NCBI GenBank assembly: GCA_030837445.1
Contig: JAUPKM010000007.1
Location: 1-33,258 of the forward strand
Source of the DNA: Actinomycetota bacterium
GTDB taxonomy: Bacteria > Actinomycetota > Actinomycetes > S36-B12 > UBA10799
Reading direction: 5' to 3'
Length of the DNA stretch: 33,258 nucleotides
The position numbers were made by a program, and so were the translations under genes. Below, in pieces: positions 1 to 7,879 of the stretch. Every line of letters begins with the position of its first letter. The first letter of the stretch is position 1. The notes below the pieces were generated by a model. The model had not been told where the DNA came from and ran no database searches. It was given only the letters and a program-made list of their open reading frames with translations.

Positions 1-171
1 ATCCGCAATGACGTGATCGTGGTCAATCGAAAGTCGATGGCTGGCGTGGAGCACAGCGGCCGATCCGCCGACGAGGACTGCGTCGGGCACTAACTGCTGG
101 AGTCTGGCGGCGGACTCCCACACCTCGACCATCGCCGCGGGAGAGTTCGATGGGGGAGTTCGCGGTTCCAC
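1..171 (-). CDS. Nucleotidyltransferase, AbiEii/DNA polymerase beta-like superfamily (5' part only; runs off the window edge)
   Basis: Not in the ORF track. Manual translation from GTG171 (or ATG132) gives ...MVEVWESAARLQQLVPDAVLVGGSAAVLHASHRLSIDHDHVIAD, which contains the hGG(S/T)A...hR.S.D.D nucleotidyltransferase signature. A -10-like TAACAT lies 7 nt upstream of GTG171. Confidence 0.7.
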   Translation of the reverse strand, partial: MEPRTPPSNSPAAMVEVWESAARLQQLVPDAVLVGGSAAVLHASHRLSIDHDHVIAD

Positions 172-308
172 GAAAACAATGTTATCAGATCAGATAAGTC
201 GAAGGTGATAGTCGATGTCCTCGTAACTGTCGCTTCGCTCGGGTTCGGCGCTTTGAGCCGAATGCAGACGCAGGTGGCTGAATTCGGCGCTTCGTGGAGG
301 GCCGCTTG

Positions 309-761
309 CTACGGATGCGCCTGCTCGTACTTGCGCAGGCCCGCCATCGCCTGTCCGCGGATCTTGTTCTTGATGATCGGCGACCACCCCAGCAGCAGGC
401 CGGCGGGACCAAGGGCCTGCCGCGACCAGGCCCAGAGGCCGAACGAGTCGCGGTGGGCGGAGATGAGGCCGTCGCGGAGAACGAAGCTGGCCTGGATGTC
501 GTTGACCACGCGACGGCCGGTGCCGCTGAACGTATAGGTCGCCACCCAGTGCGCCGAGTGGTCGGTCACTGAGTCGAAGTTGACGCTGAAGTCCTTCGCC
601 GAGGAGCAGAGCATCCGCCACATATTCCCCACCTGAGAGCCGTGCAGGTCCGTGAAGACGGGGTCGGAGAAGGTGGCGTCGGGGGTGTAGCAGGCGGCCA
701 TGGCGTCGCCGTCCAGCGATTGGAAGGCGGTGTACAACCGAGTGATGACGTCAGAACTCAT
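309..761 (-). CDS. SnoaL-like / NTF2-family protein
   Basis: LYTAFQSLDGDAMAACYTPDATFSDPVF...MWRML...HRDSF is typical of NTF2/SnoaL-fold proteins. TAGAGT lies 6 nt before the ATG (leaderless). Confidence 0.85.
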   Translation of the reverse strand: MSSDVITRLYTAFQSLDGDAMAACYTPDATFSDPVFTDLHGSQVGNMWRMLCSSAKDFSVNFDSVTDHSAHWVATYTFSGTGRRVVNDIQASFVLRDGLISAHRDSFGLWAWSRQALGPAGLLLGWSPIIKNKIRGQAMAGLRKYEQAHP

Positions 762-851
762 CCCACGACTCTAGGTGGGCAGGCCCCCGTGTCTCGCGTC
801 ACACCGGCCGTTTCAGGTCTGAGCGCAGAGCCCAATGGGTACCATCCCGCT

Positions 852-1088
852 ATGACACAAGTTCGGGTCGAACCCGTAGACAAGTCCTGGACGACGACGA
901 AGGTCGTCGCGGTGATCGTCGCCATCCTCACTGTCGGCTACATGCTCCCCTGGGCCATCGCCGCTGTTCGCGATGTGCCGCACTGGTCCGTTTTCTGGGT
1001 GAACCTGCTGCTCGGTTGGACCGTGATCGGCTGGATCGTGGCGCTGATCATGTCGCTACGTGCGCAGCGGCAGGTCATCGTAGGCTGA
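852..1088 (+). CDS. Superinfection immunity (T4 Imm-like) family small membrane protein, 78 aa
   Basis: YMLPWAIAAVR...VFWVNLLLGWTVIGWIVALIMS matches the Y.lP..iA..r...NlllGWT.iGW..AL family pattern. Start taken at ATG852, with TACCAT 6 nt upstream. Confidence 0.8.
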   Translation: MTQVRVEPVDKSWTTTKVVAVIVAILTVGYMLPWAIAAVRDVPHWSVFWVNLLLGWTVIGWIVALIMSLRAQRQVIVG

Positions 1089-1097
1089 CGCGGGCGG

Positions 1098-1289
1098 TCA
1101 GTCCTCGATCCGCAAGGCTCCTGTCGGACAGGCCAATGCGGCCTGGGTCGCCTGGCTGCGGCTCGATTCCGGCGGTGTCGGGTCCAGCAGGGTGAGGAAG
1201 CCGTCAGCGCCGATCTCGAAGAGTTCCGGTGCGACGGCTTCGCACATCCCCAGCGACGCGCAGCTCGATTCGTCGTGCACGATCCTCAT
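1098..1289 (-). CDS. Ferredoxin (3Fe-4S type)
   Basis: CASLGMC...ACPTGAL is a CxxXxxC...CP motif. ATGA overlap with the P450 stop codon. Confidence 0.9.
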   Translation of the reverse strand: MRIVHDESSCASLGMCEAVAPELFEIGADGFLTLLDPTPPESSRSQATQAALACPTGALRIED

Positions 1290-2566
1290 GTGCGAACCTC
1301 CGGTGTGAAGCGTGCGGTCATCTTGTTGACGCCGTGGAAGAAGTTGCCGTTACTGTAGGTCGGTTCGCCGACCACGGCGATATCGGGTAGCCGGGTGAGT
1401 AGCTCAGTGAAGATCGCCGCGAGTTGACGGCGGGCCAGTTGGTTGCCCAGGCAGTGATGGATGCCGCCGCCTCCGAACGACACATGTCGGTTGGGAGAGC
1501 GGGACAGGTTGAACTCCTCCGGAGAGTCGAAGACCTCCGTGTCCCAGTTGGCCGAGGCATAGAACATCACCACTTTGTCGCCGGCTGTGATCAGCTGGCC
1601 GCCAAGTTCACAATCCCTGGCTGCGGTGCGGCGAAAGGTCATGATTGGAGTCGCCCACCGGACGATCTCCTCGACTGCTACGGGCATCCGCGCGGCGAGG
1701 TCCTCCGCGAGCCACGCTCGCTGATCGGGGTAGTCGGTCAATGCCTTCATCCCGTGACTGGTGCTCTGCCGGGTGGTGTCGTTGCCGGCGATCATCAGCA
1801 GGCCGAAGAAGGAGATGATCTCGTCGTCGGTCAGCTTCTCGCCATCGACCTCTGCCTGTACCAGGGCGGTGAGTAGGTCGTCCTGTGGCTCATCTCGCCG
1901 GGCGGCGGTGAGTTCACTGGCCATCGTGCGCATCGTCACGACCGCTTCGAACAGCCTGGTCATCGGGTCCGCGCCCTGCATCAGATCCTCGTCCCGCCAG
2001 CCGCCGGCGAACTGTGCCTCATGCGCCACGGTGCGGCGATATTCCTCCGGGATTCCGACCATGTCGCAGATATTGTCCATCGGTACCAGGGCCGATACCT
2101 CGGCGACGAAGTCGACCTCGCCGCGATCGGCGATGTCATCCACGATTCGCTTCGCGTTGGCATCGATTCGATCGGAGATGCGCGCCATCTGTCGGGGAGT
2201 GAAGGCAGAGACGAGCAGTCGCCTGACTTTGCTGTGTCGTGGCGGATCCATGGCGATGAAACCCTGGCCGGCGTCGAGAAGTTCCTGTGGCATCGACTCG
2301 AACACGATGCCCTCGCCGGAAAGGAAGTCCTGGTGTCGCTTGGTCACCTCCACCAGATCCGCGTGCCGCACGACTGCCCAGAAACCCTGGTCGTTGGGGT
2401 CGACGAACAGGCCGTTCGCCACGGGTCGGTGCCAGGACACGGGGCGTTCGGCGCGAAGCTCCGCGAACACGCGTTCCCGGTCGGCGGCCGTACCCGACCA
2501 GAACTCCAAGGTCGACAGATCGGCCGGGTCGTAAGGGCGTTGGCTGCGGAGCAGGGTGGAAGTCAC
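1286..2566 (-). CDS. Cytochrome P450 (resembles CYP124/125-type lipid hydroxylases)
   Basis: I-helix AGNDTT, EIVR (ExxR) and heme motif FGGGGIHHCLG. Start GTG2566 follows a GGAGGA RBS; the upstream extension to 2929 overlaps tetR and is unlikely to be real. Confidence 0.92.
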   Translation of the reverse strand: MTSTLLRSQRPYDPADLSTLEFWSGTAADRERVFAELRAERPVSWHRPVANGLFVDPNDQGFWAVVRHADLVEVTKRHQDFLSGEGIVFESMPQELLDAGQGFIAMDPPRHSKVRRLLVSAFTPRQMARISDRIDANAKRIVDDIADRGEVDFVAEVSALVPMDNICDMVGIPEEYRRTVAHEAQFAGGWRDEDLMQGADPMTRLFEAVVTMRTMASELTAARRDEPQDDLLTALVQAEVDGEKLTDDEIISFFGLLMIAGNDTTRQSTSHGMKALTDYPDQRAWLAEDLAARMPVAVEEIVRWATPIMTFRRTAARDCELGGQLITAGDKVVMFYASANWDTEVFDSPEEFNLSRSPNRHVSFGGGGIHHCLGNQLARRQLAAIFTELLTRLPDIAVVGEPTYSNGNFFHGVNKMTARFTPEVRT

Positions 2567-2599
2567 ACGTTCCTCCGAGGGTAGGTGTGCCAAGGCTCC

Positions 2600-2653
2600 G
2601 ACATATTGATAGCACTTGTCAAGCAGACGCAACATTGCAGTTTTGACTGTCAA
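2600..2653. promoter_or_regulatory. Candidate TetR operator(s) in the divergent P450/tetR promoter region
   Basis: GACA-N13-TGTC at 2600-2620 and the palindrome TTGAC-T-GTCAA at 2643-2653, in an AT-richer spacer. Confidence 0.5.
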
Positions 2654-2677
2654 CCGATGCCACGGCAGACTGGGGCG

Positions 2678-3289
2678 ATGACGACCGCTGCGGAGATCCG
2701 CGCCGACTCCAGGCTCCGCCTGCGCGAAGCCATGTTGGCGGCCACGCATGACGAGGCTGTCACCGGCGGTTGGAGCTCGGTTCGGATGGGCGCCGTCGCG
2801 TCCCGGGTGGGAGTCAGTCGACAGACGCTGCATGCCGAATTCGGGACGAAGGAGGCGCTCGGTCAGGCTCTCGTGCTGCGGGAGGTGGAACTGTTCCTGG
2901 CCGGTGTCGTGTCTGCGCTGGCTCGGCACCCGGACGACCTGTCTGAGGGAATCTTCGAGGCGGTCACCTTCACCCTGCAGGTCACAGAAGTAAACCCGTT
3001 GCTACAGACCATCCTGGCCAGCACCTCAGGTGCGGGTGACGACACCTTGCTTCCATTGCTGACAAGTCGCGGTCAGCCTCTGCTGCAGCGGTCCTCGGAC
3101 CTCATATCCACGTGGGTGATCCGAGCACAGCCAGGGCTCGACCCGATGGTGGTCACCGACGTGATCGACAGCGTGGTGCGTCTCGTGGTCAGCCATGCTG
3201 TTGCGCCAGGCGGACCGCCCGCCACGGTCGGTCGAAGGATCGCCCGGCTGGCAGTCGCCGGGTTGGGCCCGACGTCGTTGTCGGGCTAG
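2678..3289 (+). CDS. TetR/AcrR family regulator (AlkX/Rv3249c-like)
   Basis: HTH region GWSSVRMGAVASRVGVSRQTLHAEFGTKEALGQAL. Divergent from the P450. CAGACT lies 6 nt before ATG2678. Confidence 0.88.
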   Translation: MTTAAEIRADSRLRLREAMLAATHDEAVTGGWSSVRMGAVASRVGVSRQTLHAEFGTKEALGQALVLREVELFLAGVVSALARHPDDLSEGIFEAVTFTLQVTEVNPLLQTILASTSGAGDDTLLPLLTSRGQPLLQRSSDLISTWVIRAQPGLDPMVVTDVIDSVVRLVVSHAVAPGGPPATVGRRIARLAVAGLGPTSLSG

Positions 3290-3372
3290 GTCGCACTCGG
3301 CCCGACGACCGCCACTCGACCAACCACCCACCGTCAACCCGCACTGCGGGCTCGCACCTGCGCGCTCGCTGG

Positions 3373-3894
3373 CTAGGACGAGGGTGACGCGGACCCGGAG
3401 GCCTCGTCGGTTGGGCCAGCGGACGAGTCGACCGACTCCGCTGCGCCCGAGGCCGATGCGCCGCCGGGAGTGAGGGTTACGCCTGCGGCCTGGCAGACCG
3501 GCTCCAGCACTGCGAACACCTCCGCGGCGGCGGCGGCAACCTGAGCTGAGGCGCTGGCGCGGACTTCCGAAGCGGACGGTGAGGCTGCGGCGCTGAACTT
3601 GGCAACGGCCAACGTGATCGCGGCCTGAACAGCCGGCGGCGCCTCGGCCTTGATGGACTCAAGTTCAGTGCGCAACTCTTCGGCGTTCTCGCCCTTGTTG
3701 TCGATCGCAGTCTGGATCTTGGAGCAAGCGGTGGCAACCGTGAGCTGGGCAGAACTGGCCGCGCTACTCGCAACGCCGCTCAGTGAACTCCGCGCCTCGC
3801 TCGCGCTCGACGTGGATCCGGAGGTCCCCGAACTGCAGGCAGCCAGCGACACGACCCCGACGGCGGCAATTCCAACTGCGACAAGTTTCTTCAT
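3373..3894 (-). CDS. Ala/Ser-rich lipoprotein of unknown function
   Basis: MKK followed by a hydrophobic stretch and lipobox LAAC. GGAGA RBS. Two further Cys residues could form a disulfide. Confidence 0.75.
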   Translation of the reverse strand: MKKLVAVGIAAVGVVSLAACSSGTSGSTSSASEARSSLSGVASSAASSAQLTVATACSKIQTAIDNKGENAEELRTELESIKAEAPPAVQAAITLAVAKFSAAASPSASEVRASASAQVAAAAAEVFAVLEPVCQAAGVTLTPGGASASGAAESVDSSAGPTDEASGSASPSS

Positions 3895-4080
3895 TGGCGT
3901 GGGTTCTCCTCATTTGGTACCAATTCGGTGGCTGTCGCTCCGGGACGGTCGGTCGACCCGTTCCTGGGCAGCAGATTCCTTCGATTGTGACACCTCCCCG
4001 ATTCAACATTGCTGGCGGGCGAGTAGTTTCAGGGGCGCTTCACTGTCGCGACCCACACCCCCACCCAGGGAGCAGCTCGG

Positions 4081-4893
4081 ATGGCCAAGGATCGCATCAC
4101 CGCCCAGCAAGGCGAGTTTTTCTACCGTCACGCCGGGCCCGACCAGTCGGCGCCGGCTGTGGTCCATATTCATGGTTTCGGAATCTCGGGTTCCTACCTG
4201 CTGCCGACCGCGGCGTTGCTTACAGACGAATTCGACACCTACGTCCCCGACCTACCTGGTTTCGGGCGGACGCCGGGTCCCGCGAGGCCGATGAGCATCA
4301 TCGAACTCGGCGACGCGGTGATCCGGTTCCTTGACTCGGTCGGCCTGGAGAAGGCGACCCTGGTGGGCAATTCGATGGGCTGTCCAGTGATCGGCCGGGC
4401 CGCTGAACGGCACCCGGACCGAGTCGAGCGCGCCATCCTGGTCTCGCCTGCGGGCGGAATGCACAACCGCCCAATCGGACGCGGGTTGGCACAGCTGGCC
4501 ATCGACGGGCTGCGCGAGCCGCCGTCGTTGGTCAAGGTCGCTGGACCGGACTACGCCAAGTTCGGCCTGATAAACGGCCTGCGGCTCTTCAGCGAGATGA
4601 CCAAGTCGCCGACGATCAAGATCGTCCGGGAGTTGGATACCCCCTTCCTGCTGGTCGCTGGGTCTGGGGATCCGCTGCTGCCGCCACGTAAGCGGATCGA
4701 TGAACTTGCCGCCGCGGTGCAGGCGCGCGGAAATGTCGCCATCGTCTGGCTGGACGGCCCAGCCCACGCGATCAACTTCTCCCACCCGGACCAGTTGGCC
4801 CAGGTCATTCGCGCCTACCTGCACGACCCCTCGCTGTCCTCGAGTGCGGATCTGCCGGCCAACGCAGAGGTGCTGGCCCACGCGCAGCGCTGA
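4081..4893 (+). CDS. Alpha/beta-fold hydrolase
   Basis: HIHGFG oxyanion motif, PDLPGFG, nucleophile elbow GNSMG, an acidic residue in GSGDP and catalytic His in PAHAIN. Confidence 0.9.
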   Translation: MAKDRITAQQGEFFYRHAGPDQSAPAVVHIHGFGISGSYLLPTAALLTDEFDTYVPDLPGFGRTPGPARPMSIIELGDAVIRFLDSVGLEKATLVGNSMGCPVIGRAAERHPDRVERAILVSPAGGMHNRPIGRGLAQLAIDGLREPPSLVKVAGPDYAKFGLINGLRLFSEMTKSPTIKIVRELDTPFLLVAGSGDPLLPPRKRIDELAAAVQARGNVAIVWLDGPAHAINFSHPDQLAQVIRAYLHDPSLSSSADLPANAEVLAHAQR

Positions 4894-5007
4894 CCACGCG
4901 AATGTGGGTCGCGAGCGATTGACGCGAAAGCGATTACAGTGGGGACCACCAATCAGGTAGCCGGTGATTCGAGCTTCGAGGCGCCGGAGCCACACGAGGA
5001 GGAATGA

Positions 5008-5421
5008 ATGGCACTTGGCCCCGTCGATGTCTACATCATCGGCTTTCCCGGTAACCAGTTCACCGGTCAAATCGCGCCGGAACTGATCGACCTGATCAAC
5101 AGCGGGACGATTCGGGTGATCGACATCCTGTTGGTGATCAAGGATGCGGAGGGCGTTGTGACATCCATCGAGATGTCCGACCTCGCCTCGGACAGCGGTC
5201 CCAGCTTCATGTCCGTCGACATCGCGCAGCCGGGTGCCCTCGGCCAGGACGACGCAGAGGAGATCAGCGATGACCTGCCTCTGAACAGTTCCGCGCTGCT
5301 GCTCGCGTTCGAGAACGTCTGGGCTGGCAAGTTGGTCAGCGCGATGCAGGGTGCCGATGCGTATGTGATCGACTACATCCGCATCCCCGCCGATGTCGCC
5401 GAAGCCGTCATCACGGCATAG
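5008..5421 (+). CDS. DUF6325-like protein
   Basis: GPVDVYIIGFPGNQFTGQIAPEL...IRVIDILLV...ENVWA...RIP. Strong RBS GAGGAGGA. This family typically precedes a SHOCT protein. Confidence 0.8.
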   Translation: MALGPVDVYIIGFPGNQFTGQIAPELIDLINSGTIRVIDILLVIKDAEGVVTSIEMSDLASDSGPSFMSVDIAQPGALGQDDAEEISDDLPLNSSALLLAFENVWAGKLVSAMQGADAYVIDYIRIPADVAEAVITA

Positions 5422-5488
5422 CCGCACCCCTCCCAGCCCGCTCGCCAGCAACTAACCAGCCCTCCACCAGCAACCGAAAGGAATCGAC

Positions 5489-5776
5489 ATGGGACTTCTT
5501 CGCATGGCCACCCGCACGGCGGTCGTCGCCGGCACGGCTACCGCCGTCTCCGGCCGCGTCGCGCATCGACAGGCCGCCAAGTACGACCAGAAGGCGCAGG
5601 AGCAGGCGGCCGCCCAGGCGCCCCCGCCCGCCGACCCGGCCCCGGCAGCGGCACCTGCGGCTCCGGCACAGGATGACTCCATGGTGCAACTGCAGAACCT
5701 TGCGGACCTGCACAGCAAGGGTGTGCTGACCGACGACGAGTTCGCTGCGGCCAAGGCCAAGATCCTCGGGATCTGA
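5489..5776 (+). CDS. SHOCT domain protein
   Basis: N-terminal RTAVVAGTATAVSGRV, a Pro/Ala linker and C-terminal LQNLADLHSKGVLTDDEFAAAKAKIL. RBS GAAAGGA. Confidence 0.88.
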   Translation: MGLLRMATRTAVVAGTATAVSGRVAHRQAAKYDQKAQEQAAAQAPPPADPAPAAAPAAPAQDDSMVQLQNLADLHSKGVLTDDEFAAAKAKILGI

Positions 5777-5818
5777 GGATGGCGACAGCCCAGGCGCGGC
5801 AAGACGTCGAAAGGTGCG

Positions 5819-6613
5819 ATGGCTGCCGACAGAGTTGAACCGTACGCACGGCTGGCAGGGGTCTACGACGAGATAGTCGTGGACCCCTGCTATCCGCGTT
5901 GGGCCGATTTCATCGTCGATCGGTTTCGCTCCTCCTCGGCCGCGGTCGACACTGTGCTGGATGTCTGCTGCGGTACCGGCCTGCTGGCCGCAGAGCTGGT
6001 CAGCCACGGCTATCGGGTCGTCGGTGTCGACTCCTCACCGGCGATGCTGACACGCGCCGAGGCACTGCTCGGACCGGAGGCGACCCTGGTGGCGGCGACC
6101 CTGCCCGAACTGGGCGTCGACACCATCTTCGATGCGGCGATCTCCACCTTCGACGGGCTGAACTACCTGACTCGGTCGGACTTGGGTCTGAGTCTCGCCG
6201 CGATCGCGGAGCGGGTCAGGCCGGACGGTTGGTTCATCTTCGACCTGCACACCGACACCATGATGCGGTTCACGGCTGCCAATCCTGTCGTCTCCGGGGA
6301 AGCGGCGGGCAATCGGTTCGTCATCACCAGCGAGGTCGATCAAATCGCCCGCAGCTGCGACACCACCATTGAGGTGATCGAGGCGCGGCGCGGTGAGCCA
6401 TTCTCGGAACGTCACCGGCAGTACTTCCACTCGGCCGAGACGGTCCGGGCGGAGCTGGCGGCGGCGGGATTCGATGACGTGCAGGTCTTCGACGAATATT
6501 CCGACCAGCCGATCGACGACGTGACGCTACGGGCCACCTGGACTGCCCGTCGAAGCACTCGGCATCCGCGCCGCCTCGTCGAAACCACGCCAGGCACGAC
6601 GGAAGGGCGCTGA
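5819..6613 (+). CDS. Class I SAM-dependent methyltransferase
   Basis: Motif I VLDVCCGTG, GVDSSPAML, FDGLNY and RPDGWFIFD. Confidence 0.88.
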   Translation: MAADRVEPYARLAGVYDEIVVDPCYPRWADFIVDRFRSSSAAVDTVLDVCCGTGLLAAELVSHGYRVVGVDSSPAMLTRAEALLGPEATLVAATLPELGVDTIFDAAISTFDGLNYLTRSDLGLSLAAIAERVRPDGWFIFDLHTDTMMRFTAANPVVSGEAAGNRFVITSEVDQIARSCDTTIEVIEARRGEPFSERHRQYFHSAETVRAELAAAGFDDVQVFDEYSDQPIDDVTLRATWTARRSTRHPRRLVETTPGTTEGR

Positions 6614-7870
6614 CAGCGCTCTGCGGCCGCGGCTACGGTCGACGGCGGTCGAGTTGACCTTAGCCAACATTGACGCCTCCAGGGCATCGGCTTCGGCGAA
6701 GGCCCGTTCACTCAGCTGCCGCCGTCCAGCCGCATCCTCGGCCTGCTCCGCCCACCCGACCAACCGTTGCTCGAGCGCATCCCGCGGATCGGCGAGCAGC
6801 GAAATCCTCGTCGGGTAGTCGGCCAGGATCGCGCGGTGCAACAGTTCGTGCCGCCACCAGCGAGACGCCGGGTTGTAGTACTTCCCGGGAGCACCTTCCG
6901 CGGTCGGGATTCCGGTATCCAGCCAGACCGGTTTGAAGATCGAAGTGCACGGAGCCGAACTTCCTGTCAGCCACACCGTTGAGCTCTCCGGGGTCAGTTT
7001 CACCACCATCGACCCGGTCGACTGCGACACCCGGATGGGACCGAACCCAGCGTGGGCGCAGACCGTTTGGCCCATCATCGACAGGTCCGGTGCCCAGTCG
7101 GTCGCCGTCCCGTTGGGTCCGTGGTCGCGCAGTAGCGCCATCGCGTCGCGGACTTCGATTCGACCACGGTGCGCGGCGAGCCATGCCGATGTCCGGCACT
7201 GACGCGCCTTGGCCGCGCTGAATCGGGTGTAGACGAAGTCGGAGAACCGGTCGGCCACGTCCAACCCGGGACCGGCGGCGTCGATCCCGGCAGAGGCCCG
7301 ATCCCAGTTGTCGTTGGTGGTGATGGCGTTCGAGATCGAGTCGGCGACCGAGATATTGCGGCTCACCCAGTCCCGTCCCATCGTCTCCAGGACCAACGCG
7401 CCAGTGGGGTCGGCGATGATGAACGAGTTGTCGTACAGCAGGTTGTGGGTGTGACCGGCCTGACCGTGTTGACCGTGCCGGGTCAGCAGCTCGGTGATGA
7501 CCGAAGCGGCCTCGGCCGCGGTGGCCGCTCGCTCCAGCGCCAGCCGCAGCAGGTCCATGCCCAGCAGCCCTTCCCGCTTCTCCCGGGGCACCTTCGTGAA
7601 GACCGCCTCATTGCCGATCGCCACCCCGGCATCGTTCACGCCCATCTCGGCGCCCCAGATCCAGTACGGCTTGGCAAGTAGCACTGCCCGAGTCCGTGCT
7701 GCCTGCGCTATCTCTATGTAGGTGCAGTCGACCCTCGCACCCCGCGGGTGCGAGTTGCCAGGGATCAGCACGATCTGGTGCGCCTCGTTGGGCTCCCGGT
7801 CGCTGTTCTTGCCGAGGATTACCGACCCGTCGGCGGTCGCGGGCGCCAGCGCCACGAACGTGTCGCACAT
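6527..7870 (-). CDS. Peptidase C69 (dipeptidase/secernin-like, Ntn-hydrolase)
   Basis: N-terminal M-C-D-T (Cys nucleophile), KNSDREPNE, WGAEMGVNDAGVAIGNEAV and GMDLLRLALER. Confidence 0.9.
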   Translation of the reverse strand: MCDTFVALAPATADGSVILGKNSDREPNEAHQIVLIPGNSHPRGARVDCTYIEIAQAARTRAVLLAKPYWIWGAEMGVNDAGVAIGNEAVFTKVPREKREGLLGMDLLRLALERAATAAEAASVITELLTRHGQHGQAGHTHNLLYDNSFIIADPTGALVLETMGRDWVSRNISVADSISNAITTNDNWDRASAGIDAAGPGLDVADRFSDFVYTRFSAAKARQCRTSAWLAAHRGRIEVRDAMALLRDHGPNGTATDWAPDLSMMGQTVCAHAGFGPIRVSQSTGSMVVKLTPESSTVWLTGSSAPCTSIFKPVWLDTGIPTAEGAPGKYYNPASRWWRHELLHRAILADYPTRISLLADPRDALEQRLVGWAEQAEDAAGRRQLSERAFAEADALEASMLAKVNSTAVDRSRGRRALSAPFRRAWRGFDEAARMPSASTGSPGGP

Positions 7871-7879
7871 GAGTCGAGA

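Noticed and set aside
244-292. 10-bp direct repeat TTCGGCGCTT
   Set aside because: Two short copies only, with no associated transposase or terminal inverted repeats.
5422-5488. CCAGC(CC/AAC) degenerate repeats between the DUF6325 and SHOCT genes
   Set aside because: Short, low-complexity C-rich spacer with no structure that I can support.
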